Source: a virus (lineage: Duplodnaviria > Heunggongvirae > Uroviricota > Caudoviricetes). Taken from it: a stretch of DNA of 34,738 nucleotides. The notes beneath the pieces were generated by a model that saw only the letters and a list, made by a program, of their open reading frames with translations, did not search any database and was not told where the DNA came from. Both the position numbers and the translations under genes were made by a program. The stretch lies in the IMG/VR virus record IMGVR_UViG_2585427766_000001; one strand, written 5' to 3'. Below are positions 17,929-27,197 of the stretch, piece after piece (the stretch's first letter is position 1; each line of letters opens with the position of its first letter).

Positions 17929-19394
17929 TGGCACGAAACAAACAAGCCCTGCGGCGAACTGCGCAGGCCACAGCTGATGGTTATGAGAATTTTATTGCCC
18001 GCGTAGGGATGCAGACACCTAACCAGCACTCAGCATCCACCTACCGGGCTAATTTCACCAGTCGTAACCGCATGCTGGTGGAATGGTCCTATCGTTCATC
18101 CTGGATCATCGGCGAAGCAGTCGATGCTATCCCGGATGATATGACCCGCAAAGGCATTCGCATCACGTCGGAAATTGATGCAAAAGATCGTGGCATTCTC
18201 GAATCACAACTGGATGAGTTGCAAATCTGGGATGCGCTGAATGACGTGCTGAAATGGTCGCGCCTCTACGGCGGCGCGGTGGGTTTCATCATGATTGAGG
18301 GGCAGGCACCAATGACCCCGCTGCGACCCGAAACCATCGGTAAGGGCAAGTTTAAGGGGATTCTCCCGCTCGACCGCTGGATGATCGACCCGGTACTGAC
18401 CCGCCGCATTAAAGATATGGGGCCGGACCTGGGTAAACCTGAGTTTTACGATGTGGTGACCACAGCAACGGGAATTCCTGCCTGGCGCATTCATCACAGT
18501 CGCCTGATTCGCTTTGATGGCGTCACGCTGCCATTTCAGCAGAAGATGACCGAGAACGAATGGGGAATGTCGGTTGTAGAGCGTATCTGGGATCGTCTTA
18601 CCGCGTTCGACAGCGCTACTGTCGGCGCGGCGCAGCTGGTCTACAAGGCGCATCTGCGCACCTACAGCGTGGAGAAGCTACGCGAGCTTATCGCACTTGG
18701 TGGTCCTGCGTATGAAGCGTTGCTGAAGAATATCGACCTGATTCGACAGTTCCAGAGCAATGAAGGTATGACACTCATGGACTCGCGGGATAAGTTTGAA
18801 ACGCATCAGTACAGCTTCAGTGGTCTGGATGACATCCTTTCGCAGTTTGCAGAACAGATTAGTGGCGCTGTTGGTATCCCACTGGTGCGGTTGTTCGGAC
18901 AGTCCCCGAAAGGATTTTCTACCGGCGATGCAGACCTTGCCAACTATTACGACCGGGTAAGCTCGTTACAGGAGAGGCGTTTACGTCTTCCGGTGCGGCG
19001 GATACTGGACATCATGCATCGTTCGGAGCTTGGCAAGCCGCTGCCGGACGATTTCACGTTTGAGTTTAACCCGCTCTGGCAAATGTCTGATGTCGATCGC
19101 TCAACGGTGGCGTTAAACACTACCAACGCAATCAGTACGGCGCTGGGTGATGGTCTGATGACACTGAAAGCCGCTATGACTGATTTGCGCGAAAATTCTG
19201 ACGTAACCGGCATCGGGGCATCCATTACCGACGAGGACATCGAGAATGCCGAAGATGAAGCGCCGCCCGGCATCGGCGAATCTGATGACGAACCGCAGGA
19301 ACCGTCAGGCGGAAATCCGCTATCGAACCAGCCTACGCAGGATAGCGCGGGCGGTCGGAGACATCGTAAATGGTCGCTACGATGGTTCAAATGA
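17928..19394 (+). CDS. Portal protein
   Basis: 488 aa directly after the terminase; acidic disordered C-terminus (DEDIENAEDEAPPGIGESDDEPQEP). Confidence 0.7.
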   Translation: MARNKQALRRTAQATADGYENFIARVGMQTPNQHSASTYRANFTSRNRMLVEWSYRSSWIIGEAVDAIPDDMTRKGIRITSEIDAKDRGILESQLDELQIWDALNDVLKWSRLYGGAVGFIMIEGQAPMTPLRPETIGKGKFKGILPLDRWMIDPVLTRRIKDMGPDLGKPEFYDVVTTATGIPAWRIHHSRLIRFDGVTLPFQQKMTENEWGMSVVERIWDRLTAFDSATVGAAQLVYKAHLRTYSVEKLRELIALGGPAYEALLKNIDLIRQFQSNEGMTLMDSRDKFETHQYSFSGLDDILSQFAEQISGAVGIPLVRLFGQSPKGFSTGDADLANYYDRVSSLQERRLRLPVRRILDIMHRSELGKPLPDDFTFEFNPLWQMSDVDRSTVALNTTNAISTALGDGLMTLKAAMTDLRENSDVTGIGASITDEDIENAEDEAPPGIGESDDEPQEPSGGNPLSNQPTQDSAGGRRHRKWSLRWFK

Positions 19395-20019
19395 CAGTAT
19401 CACGGAAATTATTGAGGCGCTGGAACGCTACAGTGAAATCATCACCCCCTGGGCGACAAAGGTCGCGGAAAACTTTACTGCGGACCTAACCCGGCAGAAC
19501 GAGAAAGTTTGGCGGCAACACAGCAAGAACATCAGTCGCGAGCTCCGCAATCTTGTGGAAAGCGCTCCTGTGGGCCAGGTGATGCAATCCATCATCGCCG
19601 AACAGGTCAAGTACATCAAATCGCTCCCCCTCGAGGCGGCTGACAGGGTGTACGACATCCAGAATCGGGCGACAGAAGCTGTTGTGACCGGTGGGAGAGC
19701 AGAATATTTTGCTAAAGAAATAGCCGCATCGGGTGATATAGCAAAGTCCAGAGCTGACCTGATTGCCCGTACTGAACTTGGACGTGCAACCGGCGCGCTG
19801 GATCAGGCGCGTGCGCTGTCAATTGGTTCGAATGGTTATATCTGGCGTACAGCCGAAGATGGTGACGTCAGGCATTCTCATCGGGAAATGGAAGGTAAAT
19901 TTGTCGAATGGGGCAAACCTCCAACGCTTGACGGCATGACAGGTCACGCTGGCGAGCTCCCGAATTGTCGCTGTTATAAAGAAATCGTTTTTCCCACCTC
20001 CCAATCTTATCCCGCCTGA
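19246..20019 (+). CDS. Head morphogenesis protein (Mu F / SPP1 gp7-like)
   Basis: Placed after portal; ARTELGRATGALDQARAL and WRTAEDGDVRHSHREMEGKF resemble the Mu F-like domain. In-frame ATGs lie only at 19246, 19255 and 19285, so the gene overlaps the portal 3' end by at least about 110 nt; the true start is uncertain. Confidence 0.6.
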   Translation: MPKMKRRPASANLMTNRRNRQAEIRYRTSLRRIARAVGDIVNGRYDGSNDSITEIIEALERYSEIITPWATKVAENFTADLTRQNEKVWRQHSKNISRELRNLVESAPVGQVMQSIIAEQVKYIKSLPLEAADRVYDIQNRATEAVVTGGRAEYFAKEIAASGDIAKSRADLIARTELGRATGALDQARALSIGSNGYIWRTAEDGDVRHSHREMEGKFVEWGKPPTLDGMTGHAGELPNCRCYKEIVFPTSQSYPA

Positions 20020-20033
20020 ATCGCAGGTAACAC

Positions 20034-21254
20034 ATGAAATATTTTTTCAATACCCGGCTGGGGGAAACCCGCTATCAGCTGGCTGACGGCTCGTTGCTGT
20101 GCAGAGACGTGCCGATAGGACGAACAGGTAAGCAGCTCTATGGTGCTGATGACCTGCCAAAACTGAAACCCGATAAGTTCGGTGAAATAGTCGTCACGCG
20201 TTCTCCTGAGCAGGTATTCCATCCGGCCACGCTTGCCTCATTCGAAGGGATGAGCATCACGATTCTGCATCCTGAAGATGAAAACGGGAATGTGCGGCTG
20301 GTAAATCCCGAGAACTGGAAAGAGCTTGCTGTCGGGCACCTCCAGAATGTCCGGCGCGGGACGGGTGAGCAGTCTGATTTGATGCTGGCTGACCTTATCG
20401 TCAAAGACGAAAACGCCATTCAGCTTATCGAAGATGGCCTGCGCGAAGTGTCGTGCGGCTATGACGCGGAGTACGAGCAGACCGAGCCAGGTAAAGCTGA
20501 GCAGGTCGATATTACCGGAAACCATGTGGCTCTTGTCCCTAAAGGCAGAGCCGGAAATCGTTGTGCAATTGGAGACAGAGACACAATGGCAAATCAAAAG
20601 AAAAACTGGTGGAACCGCATGCGTGCGGCCATCAAGACAGGAGATGCCGACACCATGAACGAACTGGTGGAGTCGGCTCCCGCATCGGTTACAGGAGATG
20701 AGGGGGATTTGCCGCAGGGCGTTAATCTCAATATCAACCTGTCCCCGCAGCAACCACTACCGGACAAAGCACCAGAGATGGGGGGAGGCCCAACCGGCGA
20801 CAGTGATGATGACCTCAAAACATTACTGAAAGCCCTGCTGGCTAAGCTGGAAGGAAATGCCACGGGCGATAACGATAATAAGCCTGACGATAATCCGACC
20901 GGTGACGGCGAGGACGATGAAGAGGAAACCACGATTACTGGTGACTCAGCCTGGCGTGCCGAAGTTATTGTTCCGGGTATCGATCTGAGCCGTAAGATGA
21001 AACCGACCGCGTTCAAACGCGAGGTTCTGGCTTCCGCTGACAAAACGCTGGTTCGCCAGATAGTCGGTGATGCGGATATCCGCAAATTGCCGAAACAATC
21101 GGTCGACATGGCGTTTAATGCCGTGTCTGAGATTGCCAAAGGGCGAAACACCCGCGCCACCACCGGCGATGCACAGCGCCTAAACATGGGCATGACCAGT
21201 ATCGCTTCCCTGAACAAACAAAACGCTGAATTCTGGGCAAACCGTAAAGGGTAA
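20034..21254 (+). CDS. Putative scaffold/prohead protein (DUF2213-like, from recollection)
   Basis: 406 aa between head-morphogenesis and capsid genes, with an acidic low-complexity centre (GDSDDD...DDEEE). Confidence 0.5.
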   Translation: MKYFFNTRLGETRYQLADGSLLCRDVPIGRTGKQLYGADDLPKLKPDKFGEIVVTRSPEQVFHPATLASFEGMSITILHPEDENGNVRLVNPENWKELAVGHLQNVRRGTGEQSDLMLADLIVKDENAIQLIEDGLREVSCGYDAEYEQTEPGKAEQVDITGNHVALVPKGRAGNRCAIGDRDTMANQKKNWWNRMRAAIKTGDADTMNELVESAPASVTGDEGDLPQGVNLNINLSPQQPLPDKAPEMGGGPTGDSDDDLKTLLKALLAKLEGNATGDNDNKPDDNPTGDGEDDEEETTITGDSAWRAEVIVPGIDLSRKMKPTAFKREVLASADKTLVRQIVGDADIRKLPKQSVDMAFNAVSEIAKGRNTRATTGDAQRLNMGMTSIASLNKQNAEFWANRKG

Positions 21255-21257
21255 AAA

Positions 21258-21764
21258 ATGAATAATGTATTTCTGTACCGGATGCCTGTTGGTATTGCCG
21301 GGGCTGTCTCTCGCCCGCAGGACTTAACCGTCGAACCGGTGGTCCTTAAATCCGATAACGCCTTCGCTGCCTATGGGCTGGCTGGTAAATACGATGATGA
21401 CGGTTTTTTCGTGCCGCTGGCAGATGGTGATACCGCAGACAAGGTGAAGGGGATCTACGTGCGCCCTTATCCGACCACGTCGCAGCCGGACATGGTTCGC
21501 CAGGTGGGAACAGGCAAGAACTTCCCGGGCGACGCCATGAAGCGTGGCTACGTGACCGTTAATCTCGGTTCTGATTTTGATGCCAGCACTATCAAAAAAG
21601 GCGACCCGGTATACGTTGTCGTCTCCACTGATGAATCCATCAAAGTGCCGCTGGGTGGATTCATGTCCACGTCAGTCAGTGGCAAAAATGTGGTGCTGAC
21701 CAACGCTGAATTCACAGGTGCCGGTGATGCTAACGGCAATGCAGAAATTTCCTGGAAGATTTAA
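21258..21764 (+). CDS. Putative head decoration / structural protein
   Basis: 168-aa ORF immediately upstream of the presumed major capsid gene. Positional inference. Confidence 0.45.
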   Translation: MNNVFLYRMPVGIAGAVSRPQDLTVEPVVLKSDNAFAAYGLAGKYDDDGFFVPLADGDTADKVKGIYVRPYPTTSQPDMVRQVGTGKNFPGDAMKRGYVTVNLGSDFDASTIKKGDPVYVVVSTDESIKVPLGGFMSTSVSGKNVVLTNAEFTGAGDANGNAEISWKI

Positions 21765-21775
21765 GGAACAGACGA

Positions 21776-22717
21776 ATGATTACTTTTGATCAGGCAACCG
21801 TTGACAGCTCTGGTGCCTTTCTCATCGGGGAGCTGGAGCGACTCGACCAGACGCTGAACCTGCCACTGGTGGGGTACACCTGGACCCGCGATATTCAGTT
21901 GCGTGAAGATGTCTCTATCGCAGATGACATTTCCAGCTGGACGAATACCAGCTTCGCCGCTGCGGGTACTGGTGCAAATCCGAATGGCAAAAACTGGGTA
22001 GGCAAAGACTCAACCGCTATTGCTGGCGTGAACGTGGATACCGGCAAATCCGGTAACCCGCTGAACCTGTGGGGGATGGAACTTGGCTGGACGGTCATAG
22101 AATTGCAGGCTGCTCAGCAGGTCGGCCGCCCGATTGATACGCAGAAGTATGACGGGATGCAACTGAAATGGCAGATGGATAACGATGAACAGGTATATGT
22201 TGGCGATTCCGCATTAAACCTGAAAGGCCTTGTTACCCTGGACGGCGTGCCTGTCAACAACGCTGCCAAAACGTGGGCAACCTCAACACCGGACGAAATC
22301 CGCGCAAGCATTAACCAGGTGCTGTCTGATGCGTGGGCCGCTTCCGGTTACTCTGTGGTCCCGCGTGATTTGCTGATCCCGCCTGAACAGTTTGCTCTGT
22401 TGTCCAGCATCATCGTTTCATCTGCGGGTAACCAGTCCCTGTTGACGTACCTTCAGACCAACACCATCAGCTATCACCAGAACGGTGTTCCGCTGAATAT
22501 CCGCGCGGTTAAATGGCTGAAAGGCCGTGGTGTGGGGAATAAGGATCGCATGGTTGCGTACACCAACGATAAAAAATACGTCCGCTACCCGCTGGTTCCG
22601 CTTCAGAGCGTGCCGGTGCAGTATCGCGGCCTGTATCAGATCGTCACTTACTACGGCAAGCTGGGTGCAGTCGAGCCAGTGTATAAAGAAACTCTGTCCT
22701 ATGTGGACGGTATCTGA
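21776..22717 (+). CDS. Putative major capsid protein
   Basis: 313-aa ORF in the canonical position after scaffold and decoration genes. Assignment by synteny and size. Confidence 0.55.
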   Translation: MITFDQATVDSSGAFLIGELERLDQTLNLPLVGYTWTRDIQLREDVSIADDISSWTNTSFAAAGTGANPNGKNWVGKDSTAIAGVNVDTGKSGNPLNLWGMELGWTVIELQAAQQVGRPIDTQKYDGMQLKWQMDNDEQVYVGDSALNLKGLVTLDGVPVNNAAKTWATSTPDEIRASINQVLSDAWAASGYSVVPRDLLIPPEQFALLSSIIVSSAGNQSLLTYLQTNTISYHQNGVPLNIRAVKWLKGRGVGNKDRMVAYTNDKKYVRYPLVPLQSVPVQYRGLYQIVTYYGKLGAVEPVYKETLSYVDGI

Positions 22718-22757
22718 TAACCAGAATGGCCCCGAAAGGGGCCTGAAGGAAACTGAA

Positions 22758-23126
22758 ATGGCGAAAGAAAAGCTGGTTACCATCCATGTTCACACCCCGT
22801 TTACGCTGACGCTCGGCGATCAGTCAAAACAGGAGTTTGGCCGGGGACGGCATAACGTACCGGAAGAGGTCGCGTCGCACTGGTTCACCCAGGCGCACTC
22901 TGAGCTTTCCGAAAGCGTGATTAGCGACACCGATGATCTGCAACCCATTATCGACGGCCTGCAAGCGCAGATTGCCGACAAAGATAAGCTGATTGCCGAT
23001 CTTAAAGATGCATTGCTCAAACTGCAGGAGCAGAACGACAGCCTGCAGGCGCAGATTACTGCCGCCCGGACTGGCGGTAATGGGGCTAAAGATGTCAAAG
23101 AATCAAAGTCTGCCAGCGGTAAGTGA
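22758..23126 (+). CDS. Hypothetical head-associated protein (coiled-coil C-terminus)
   Basis: Start taken at ATG 22758 with AAGGA upstream (track ORF begins at 22527, inside the capsid gene). C-terminal heptad-like [27 protein letters not shown]. Confidence 0.5.
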   Translation: MAKEKLVTIHVHTPFTLTLGDQSKQEFGRGRHNVPEEVASHWFTQAHSELSESVISDTDDLQPIIDGLQAQIADKDKLIADLKDALLKLQEQNDSLQAQITAARTGGNGAKDVKESKSASGK

Positions 23127-23499
23127 TTTTCGCCGCGACTTCCCGCAGTTTGCTGACCCGGCAAAATATCCCGACGCCCAAATCGGGTTCCGTCTGAATC
23201 TGGCCGATGAACTGCTGAGCGAAAATGTCACCGGCAAAAAGTTGTTTCCGTACTTTGCCGGGTTGTTCGTTGCTCACTACATGACGCTCTGGGCGGCTGA
23301 CAGCAGAGCGATGCTGGCTGGTGGTCCGGGCGGTTCAACCAATGGTGTTCAGTCCTCAAAGTCCGTGGATAAGGTAAGCGTCAGCTATGACACCAGCGCG
23401 ACGCTGAATCCTGATGCAGGTTTCTGGAATAACACCCGATATGGCGCTGAATTTTATCAGTTGATCACGATGTTCGGTGCAGGCGGTCGCCAGCTATGA
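23092..23499 (+). CDS. Putative head-tail connector protein (DUF4054-like)
   Basis: Start chosen at in-frame ATG 23092 (alternative 23080); [28 protein letters not shown]. Family from recollection. Confidence 0.45.
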   Translation: MSKNQSLPAVSDFRRDFPQFADPAKYPDAQIGFRLNLADELLSENVTGKKLFPYFAGLFVAHYMTLWAADSRAMLAGGPGGSTNGVQSSKSVDKVSVSYDTSATLNPDAGFWNNTRYGAEFYQLITMFGAGGRQL

Positions 23500-24050
23500 G
23501 TTTCAAAAGCGGTGTAACAACGAGGGTGGATAACGCTAAGGCCATTCTGGATGCGCTCAGGTCGTTAACCAAAAAAGATGTGCTGGTCGGCATCCCTTCG
23601 GAAGACAGCGAACGGGATGATGTTCCGTTTGGTAATGCGGGCATCGGTTACCTCAACGAATACGGCTCACCAGAGCAGAACATCCCGCCACGACCTCACC
23701 TGGTCCCCGGCGTTAAATCGGCAGAAGAGCAGACGGTGCCGCAGCTTAAAGCCGCGGCGCAGGCTGCACTTGATGGTAATGCTGCGGGAGCAGAAAGTGC
23801 ACTCAACCGTGCCGGAACGCTGGCCGTTAATGGCGTCAGGCGTTACATGACCATTACCGGCTTTACGCCGCTTGCTGACAGTACTGTTGAAGCCCGGGCT
23901 CGTCGGGGGCGCAAGGGGGCAACACTGGAACTTGCCCGGCGTGTTGCTGGCGAATCTCCCGGAACCGATCTGGCGAAACCATTAATTGACACCGGGCAAT
24001 ATCGCAGAGCTATTACCCATGTAGTGAGGGATAAAGATGCCGACTCTTGA
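23496..24050 (+). CDS. Hypothetical head-tail joining protein
   Basis: 184-aa ORF coupled to neighbours in the head-tail junction block. Confidence 0.45.
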   Translation: MSFKSGVTTRVDNAKAILDALRSLTKKDVLVGIPSEDSERDDVPFGNAGIGYLNEYGSPEQNIPPRPHLVPGVKSAEEQTVPQLKAAAQAALDGNAAGAESALNRAGTLAVNGVRRYMTITGFTPLADSTVEARARRGRKGATLELARRVAGESPGTDLAKPLIDTGQYRRAITHVVRDKDADS

Positions 24051-24426
24051 TGTAACAGATGTGCTTTTTGACCCCGATTTTTGCGACTTCAATTTGTGGG
24101 TAACACGCCGTGTGCAAACGGTGGATGAGGACGGAATCGGCAGCGACAGCGAAGTTAAAAAGCAGTTTGCCGGAGTCGTTACTGTTGATCGCTCTCTGGA
24201 AAACCGTCGTATGCAGGCCGGGCAGGTAATCAGTGGTGCAATTCTGATTGTGACGACTGAGCGACTGACGCAGGGACAGACTGGCCGTGATGCCGATATC
24301 GTGACGTATCAGGGCCGTGATTACCGTGTGACCTTCGTCGACCCGTATACAGCTTATGGGGCCGGATTCGTTCAGGCGCATTGTGAGTTGATGCCGTTTG
24401 ATGGGGGAACTCCGGTTGAGCAATAA
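24037..24426 (+). CDS. Hypothetical head-tail joining / tail completion protein
   Basis: 129-aa ORF with overlapping start and stop typical of structural operons. Confidence 0.45.
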   Translation: MPTLDVTDVLFDPDFCDFNLWVTRRVQTVDEDGIGSDSEVKKQFAGVVTVDRSLENRRMQAGQVISGAILIVTTERLTQGQTGRDADIVTYQGRDYRVTFVDPYTAYGAGFVQAHCELMPFDGGTPVEQ

Positions 24427-24964
24427 CACCAGTACAGAGCGCGGATGGTTAATACCAACCAGTGGCGATCCGGATTATGACGAAGCGCTCGACAGGCTGT
24501 TAAGCCAGTGGATACGTAACGTTTCCGGTCTGTCTGCCGGGATGGTTCGCCCGCGCTGGCAGAAAGAGCAGCCGCCACTGCTACCGGTTGAAACGAACTG
24601 GTGTGCGTTTGGGGTTATCGGATGGTCAGGTGATGACAGTCCGGCATTCACCAGACAGACCGATGATGGCTCTCAGCTCTGGCGGCATGAAACGATTGAG
24701 TGTATGGCTTCGTTTTATGGACCGGCGGGGATGGTGTATGCGTCCCGGTTTCGTGACGGTATATCTGTGCCGCAGAACAATGCAGCACTGAATGCGCTGG
24801 GGCTGTCTCTTGGCGATTACACAGGTCTGACTCCCTTCCCTGAACTTATTAATCAGCAATGGGTCCGCCGCTACGATATGACGGTGCGCCTGCGCCGGAA
24901 GGTTGTGCGCGAGTACGGTATTAAATCGCTGGTGGATGCACCAGTCATCTTTTTCGGAGATTAA
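24398..24964 (+). CDS. Hypothetical tail completion protein
   Basis: 188-aa ORF directly upstream of the sheath gene; start uncertain. Confidence 0.45.
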   Translation: MMGELRLSNNTSTERGWLIPTSGDPDYDEALDRLLSQWIRNVSGLSAGMVRPRWQKEQPPLLPVETNWCAFGVIGWSGDDSPAFTRQTDDGSQLWRHETIECMASFYGPAGMVYASRFRDGISVPQNNAALNALGLSLGDYTGLTPFPELINQQWVRRYDMTVRLRRKVVREYGIKSLVDAPVIFFGD

Positions 24965-24967
24965 GCT

Positions 24968-26113
24968 ATGGCACAGGGCTTGCCTGTATCAAACGTTGTT
25001 AATGTTGATGTGATCATGTCGCCGCGTGCAGCATCAGGGCGAAATTTTGGTGCATTACTCATTCTCGGCCCGTCCACAATCATTCCGGTAAGTGAGCGCA
25101 TTCGCCGTTATTCTGCCGCGGAAGATATTGGAAAAGATTTTGGCGTGGAATCACCAGAATATAAGGCTGCGCAGGTGTTTTTCTCTCAATCACCGAAACC
25201 TCAGGAGGTTTTTGTTGGTCGTTGGGTGAAAACGAAGGGAGACAGCGAACAGGCCACGCCTGAGACGCTGGAGCAGGCTGTGAATGCCATGCTTGATTAT
25301 ACTTCATGGTATGGGCTGGGGATTGCAGACGATGAAGATATTCAGGATGCAGACTGGCTGAAAGTGGCTGCGGCGATCGAATCCTCTTCTGTAAGCCGTA
25401 TTCTGGCGATTACGACAAGCGATGAGAAATGCCTGCAGACTGCATCCAGCGATGATTTGGCATCAAAACTGAAAACCGCCGGATATTCACGCAGTTTTAT
25501 TCAGTATTCATCGGGTAATAAATACGCTGCGTTATCTGCATTTGGCCGGGCATTCACGGTTAATTTCAATGGCAGTAATACCGCGATTACGCTCAAGTTT
25601 AAGCAGGAGCCGGGTATCGGGTATGAAACACTGACAGTCAGCCAGGCATCGGCACTTGATGCAAAAAACTGCAATGTATTCGTGTACTACCAGAATGATA
25701 CGGCTATCCTCCAGCAGGGAGTGATGGCTAACGGCGATTTCTTTGATGAACGCCACGGCCTGGACTGGTTACAGAATTATGTGCAGACCAACCTCTATAA
25801 CCTGCTTTATACCAGCACCACGAAAGTTCCCCAGACTGAAGCCGGTATTACCCGACTGTTATCAAATGTTGAAAAATCACTGGATCAGGCCGTTCAGAAT
25901 GGACTGATTGCTCCGGGCGTATGGAACGGGGGCGACCTTGGTCAGTTGTCATCAGGTGACACACTGCCCAAAGGTTATTACGTATACGCTCAGCCGCTGG
26001 ATGAACAGGCTCAATCAGAACGTGAAGCCCGTAAGGCTCCGGTGATTCAGGCTGCAATAAAACTTGCAGGCGCGGTTCATTACGCTGACGTACAGATTAA
26101 CGTTGTTCGCTAA
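24968..26113 (+). CDS. Putative contractile tail sheath protein (DUF3383-like)
   Basis: 381-aa ORF followed by a 146-aa tube-like ORF, a chaperone-like ORF and the tape-measure gene. Assignment by order and size. Confidence 0.55.
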   Translation: MAQGLPVSNVVNVDVIMSPRAASGRNFGALLILGPSTIIPVSERIRRYSAAEDIGKDFGVESPEYKAAQVFFSQSPKPQEVFVGRWVKTKGDSEQATPETLEQAVNAMLDYTSWYGLGIADDEDIQDADWLKVAAAIESSSVSRILAITTSDEKCLQTASSDDLASKLKTAGYSRSFIQYSSGNKYAALSAFGRAFTVNFNGSNTAITLKFKQEPGIGYETLTVSQASALDAKNCNVFVYYQNDTAILQQGVMANGDFFDERHGLDWLQNYVQTNLYNLLYTSTTKVPQTEAGITRLLSNVEKSLDQAVQNGLIAPGVWNGGDLGQLSSGDTLPKGYYVYAQPLDEQAQSEREARKAPVIQAAIKLAGAVHYADVQINVVR

Positions 26114-26123
26114 GGGGAAGTGA

Positions 26124-26564
26124 ATGTCTACCTATTCTTTTATGGATGTCACTGCGACGCTGACCGGGCCGACAGGTTCGATTGACCTCGGGTACGGTTC
26201 GGCAAGTTCTGAAGAGGGGATTGTGGTTGCGATGGGCGGTCCTAAAAACACCATGACCATCGGTGCTGATGGCGAAGTGATGCACAGTCTCCATGCAGAT
26301 AAAAGCGGGACGATTACCGTTAACCTTCTGAAGACATCACCGACAAATAAAAAATTGTCGCTGGCGTATAACGCACAGAGCCAGTCTTCTGCCACATGGG
26401 GGAATAACGTTATCGTGATCCGCAACAAGGTCAGCGGCGACATCATCACGGCACGCAGTGTTGCGTTCCAGAAACAACCGGATAACGCCAACGCTAAAAC
26501 CGGTAATACGATGCCGTGGGTGTTTGACTGCGGCAAGATTGACCAGGTTCTCGGGGAGTTTTAA
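26124..26564 (+). CDS. Putative tail tube protein (DUF3277-like)
   Basis: 146-aa ORF immediately after the sheath gene. Confidence 0.55.
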   Translation: MSTYSFMDVTATLTGPTGSIDLGYGSASSEEGIVVAMGGPKNTMTIGADGEVMHSLHADKSGTITVNLLKTSPTNKKLSLAYNAQSQSSATWGNNVIVIRNKVSGDIITARSVAFQKQPDNANAKTGNTMPWVFDCGKIDQVLGEF

Positions 26565-26567
26565 TGC

Positions 26568-27020
26568 ATGGAATTCGAAATTAAAGGCGTGAAATATCGC
26601 ACGGCAAAACTCAGCGTTTTTGACCAGCTGAAAGTGACCCGCAAACTTCTGCCGGTGCTGGCAGGAATGATGTCAGATTTCGGGAGTATTCGCTCCCGTT
26701 TGCCTGCTGACGGCAAAATCGACACCGTGAAATTCGAACAGTTAAAACCGGTGTTTGAAACCATGCTCCCGCGTATCGCTGAGGAACTGTCTTCCCTGAC
26801 CGAAGATGACACCGATGCGATTATTCATCCCTGTCTTGCGGTGGTATCGCGGCGTCATATGGACGGATGGGTGCCGGTATTTACCCAGGGCGAACTGATG
26901 TTTGATGATATTGACTTGCTGGTCATGCTGCAGCTGGTGGCGCGGGTGGTCGCCGATTCGCTGGGAAATTTTTTGCCTACACCCCTTACCAGCACGACGC
27001 AGAGCCTGCAACAGGGCTGA
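26568..27020 (+). CDS. Putative tail assembly chaperone
   Basis: 150-aa acidic ORF between tube and tape-measure genes. Confidence 0.5.
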   Translation: MEFEIKGVKYRTAKLSVFDQLKVTRKLLPVLAGMMSDFGSIRSRLPADGKIDTVKFEQLKPVFETMLPRIAEELSSLTEDDTDAIIHPCLAVVSRRHMDGWVPVFTQGELMFDDIDLLVMLQLVARVVADSLGNFLPTPLTSTTQSLQQG

Positions 27021-27197
27021 CGTTTAACAGCCTGCCGGACGGGCTGTCCTACCTTCTCAATCCGGTTGACGCCGGGTTAATTCCTTATACAGCACTTAAA
27101 GATGGCTCTGTCGATTTGTATGACATTGCTCTCTTGAATGACCATCTGGCGGTAAAAGCGGATAACCAGCGACGCATTGAGAAATGGAGAGAGGATA

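Noticed and set aside
22527-22757. Upstream extension of the track ORF 22527..23126 into the capsid gene
   Set aside because: An in-frame ATG at 22758 with AAGGA upstream lies just after the capsid stop, so the long N-terminal extension is probably not translated.
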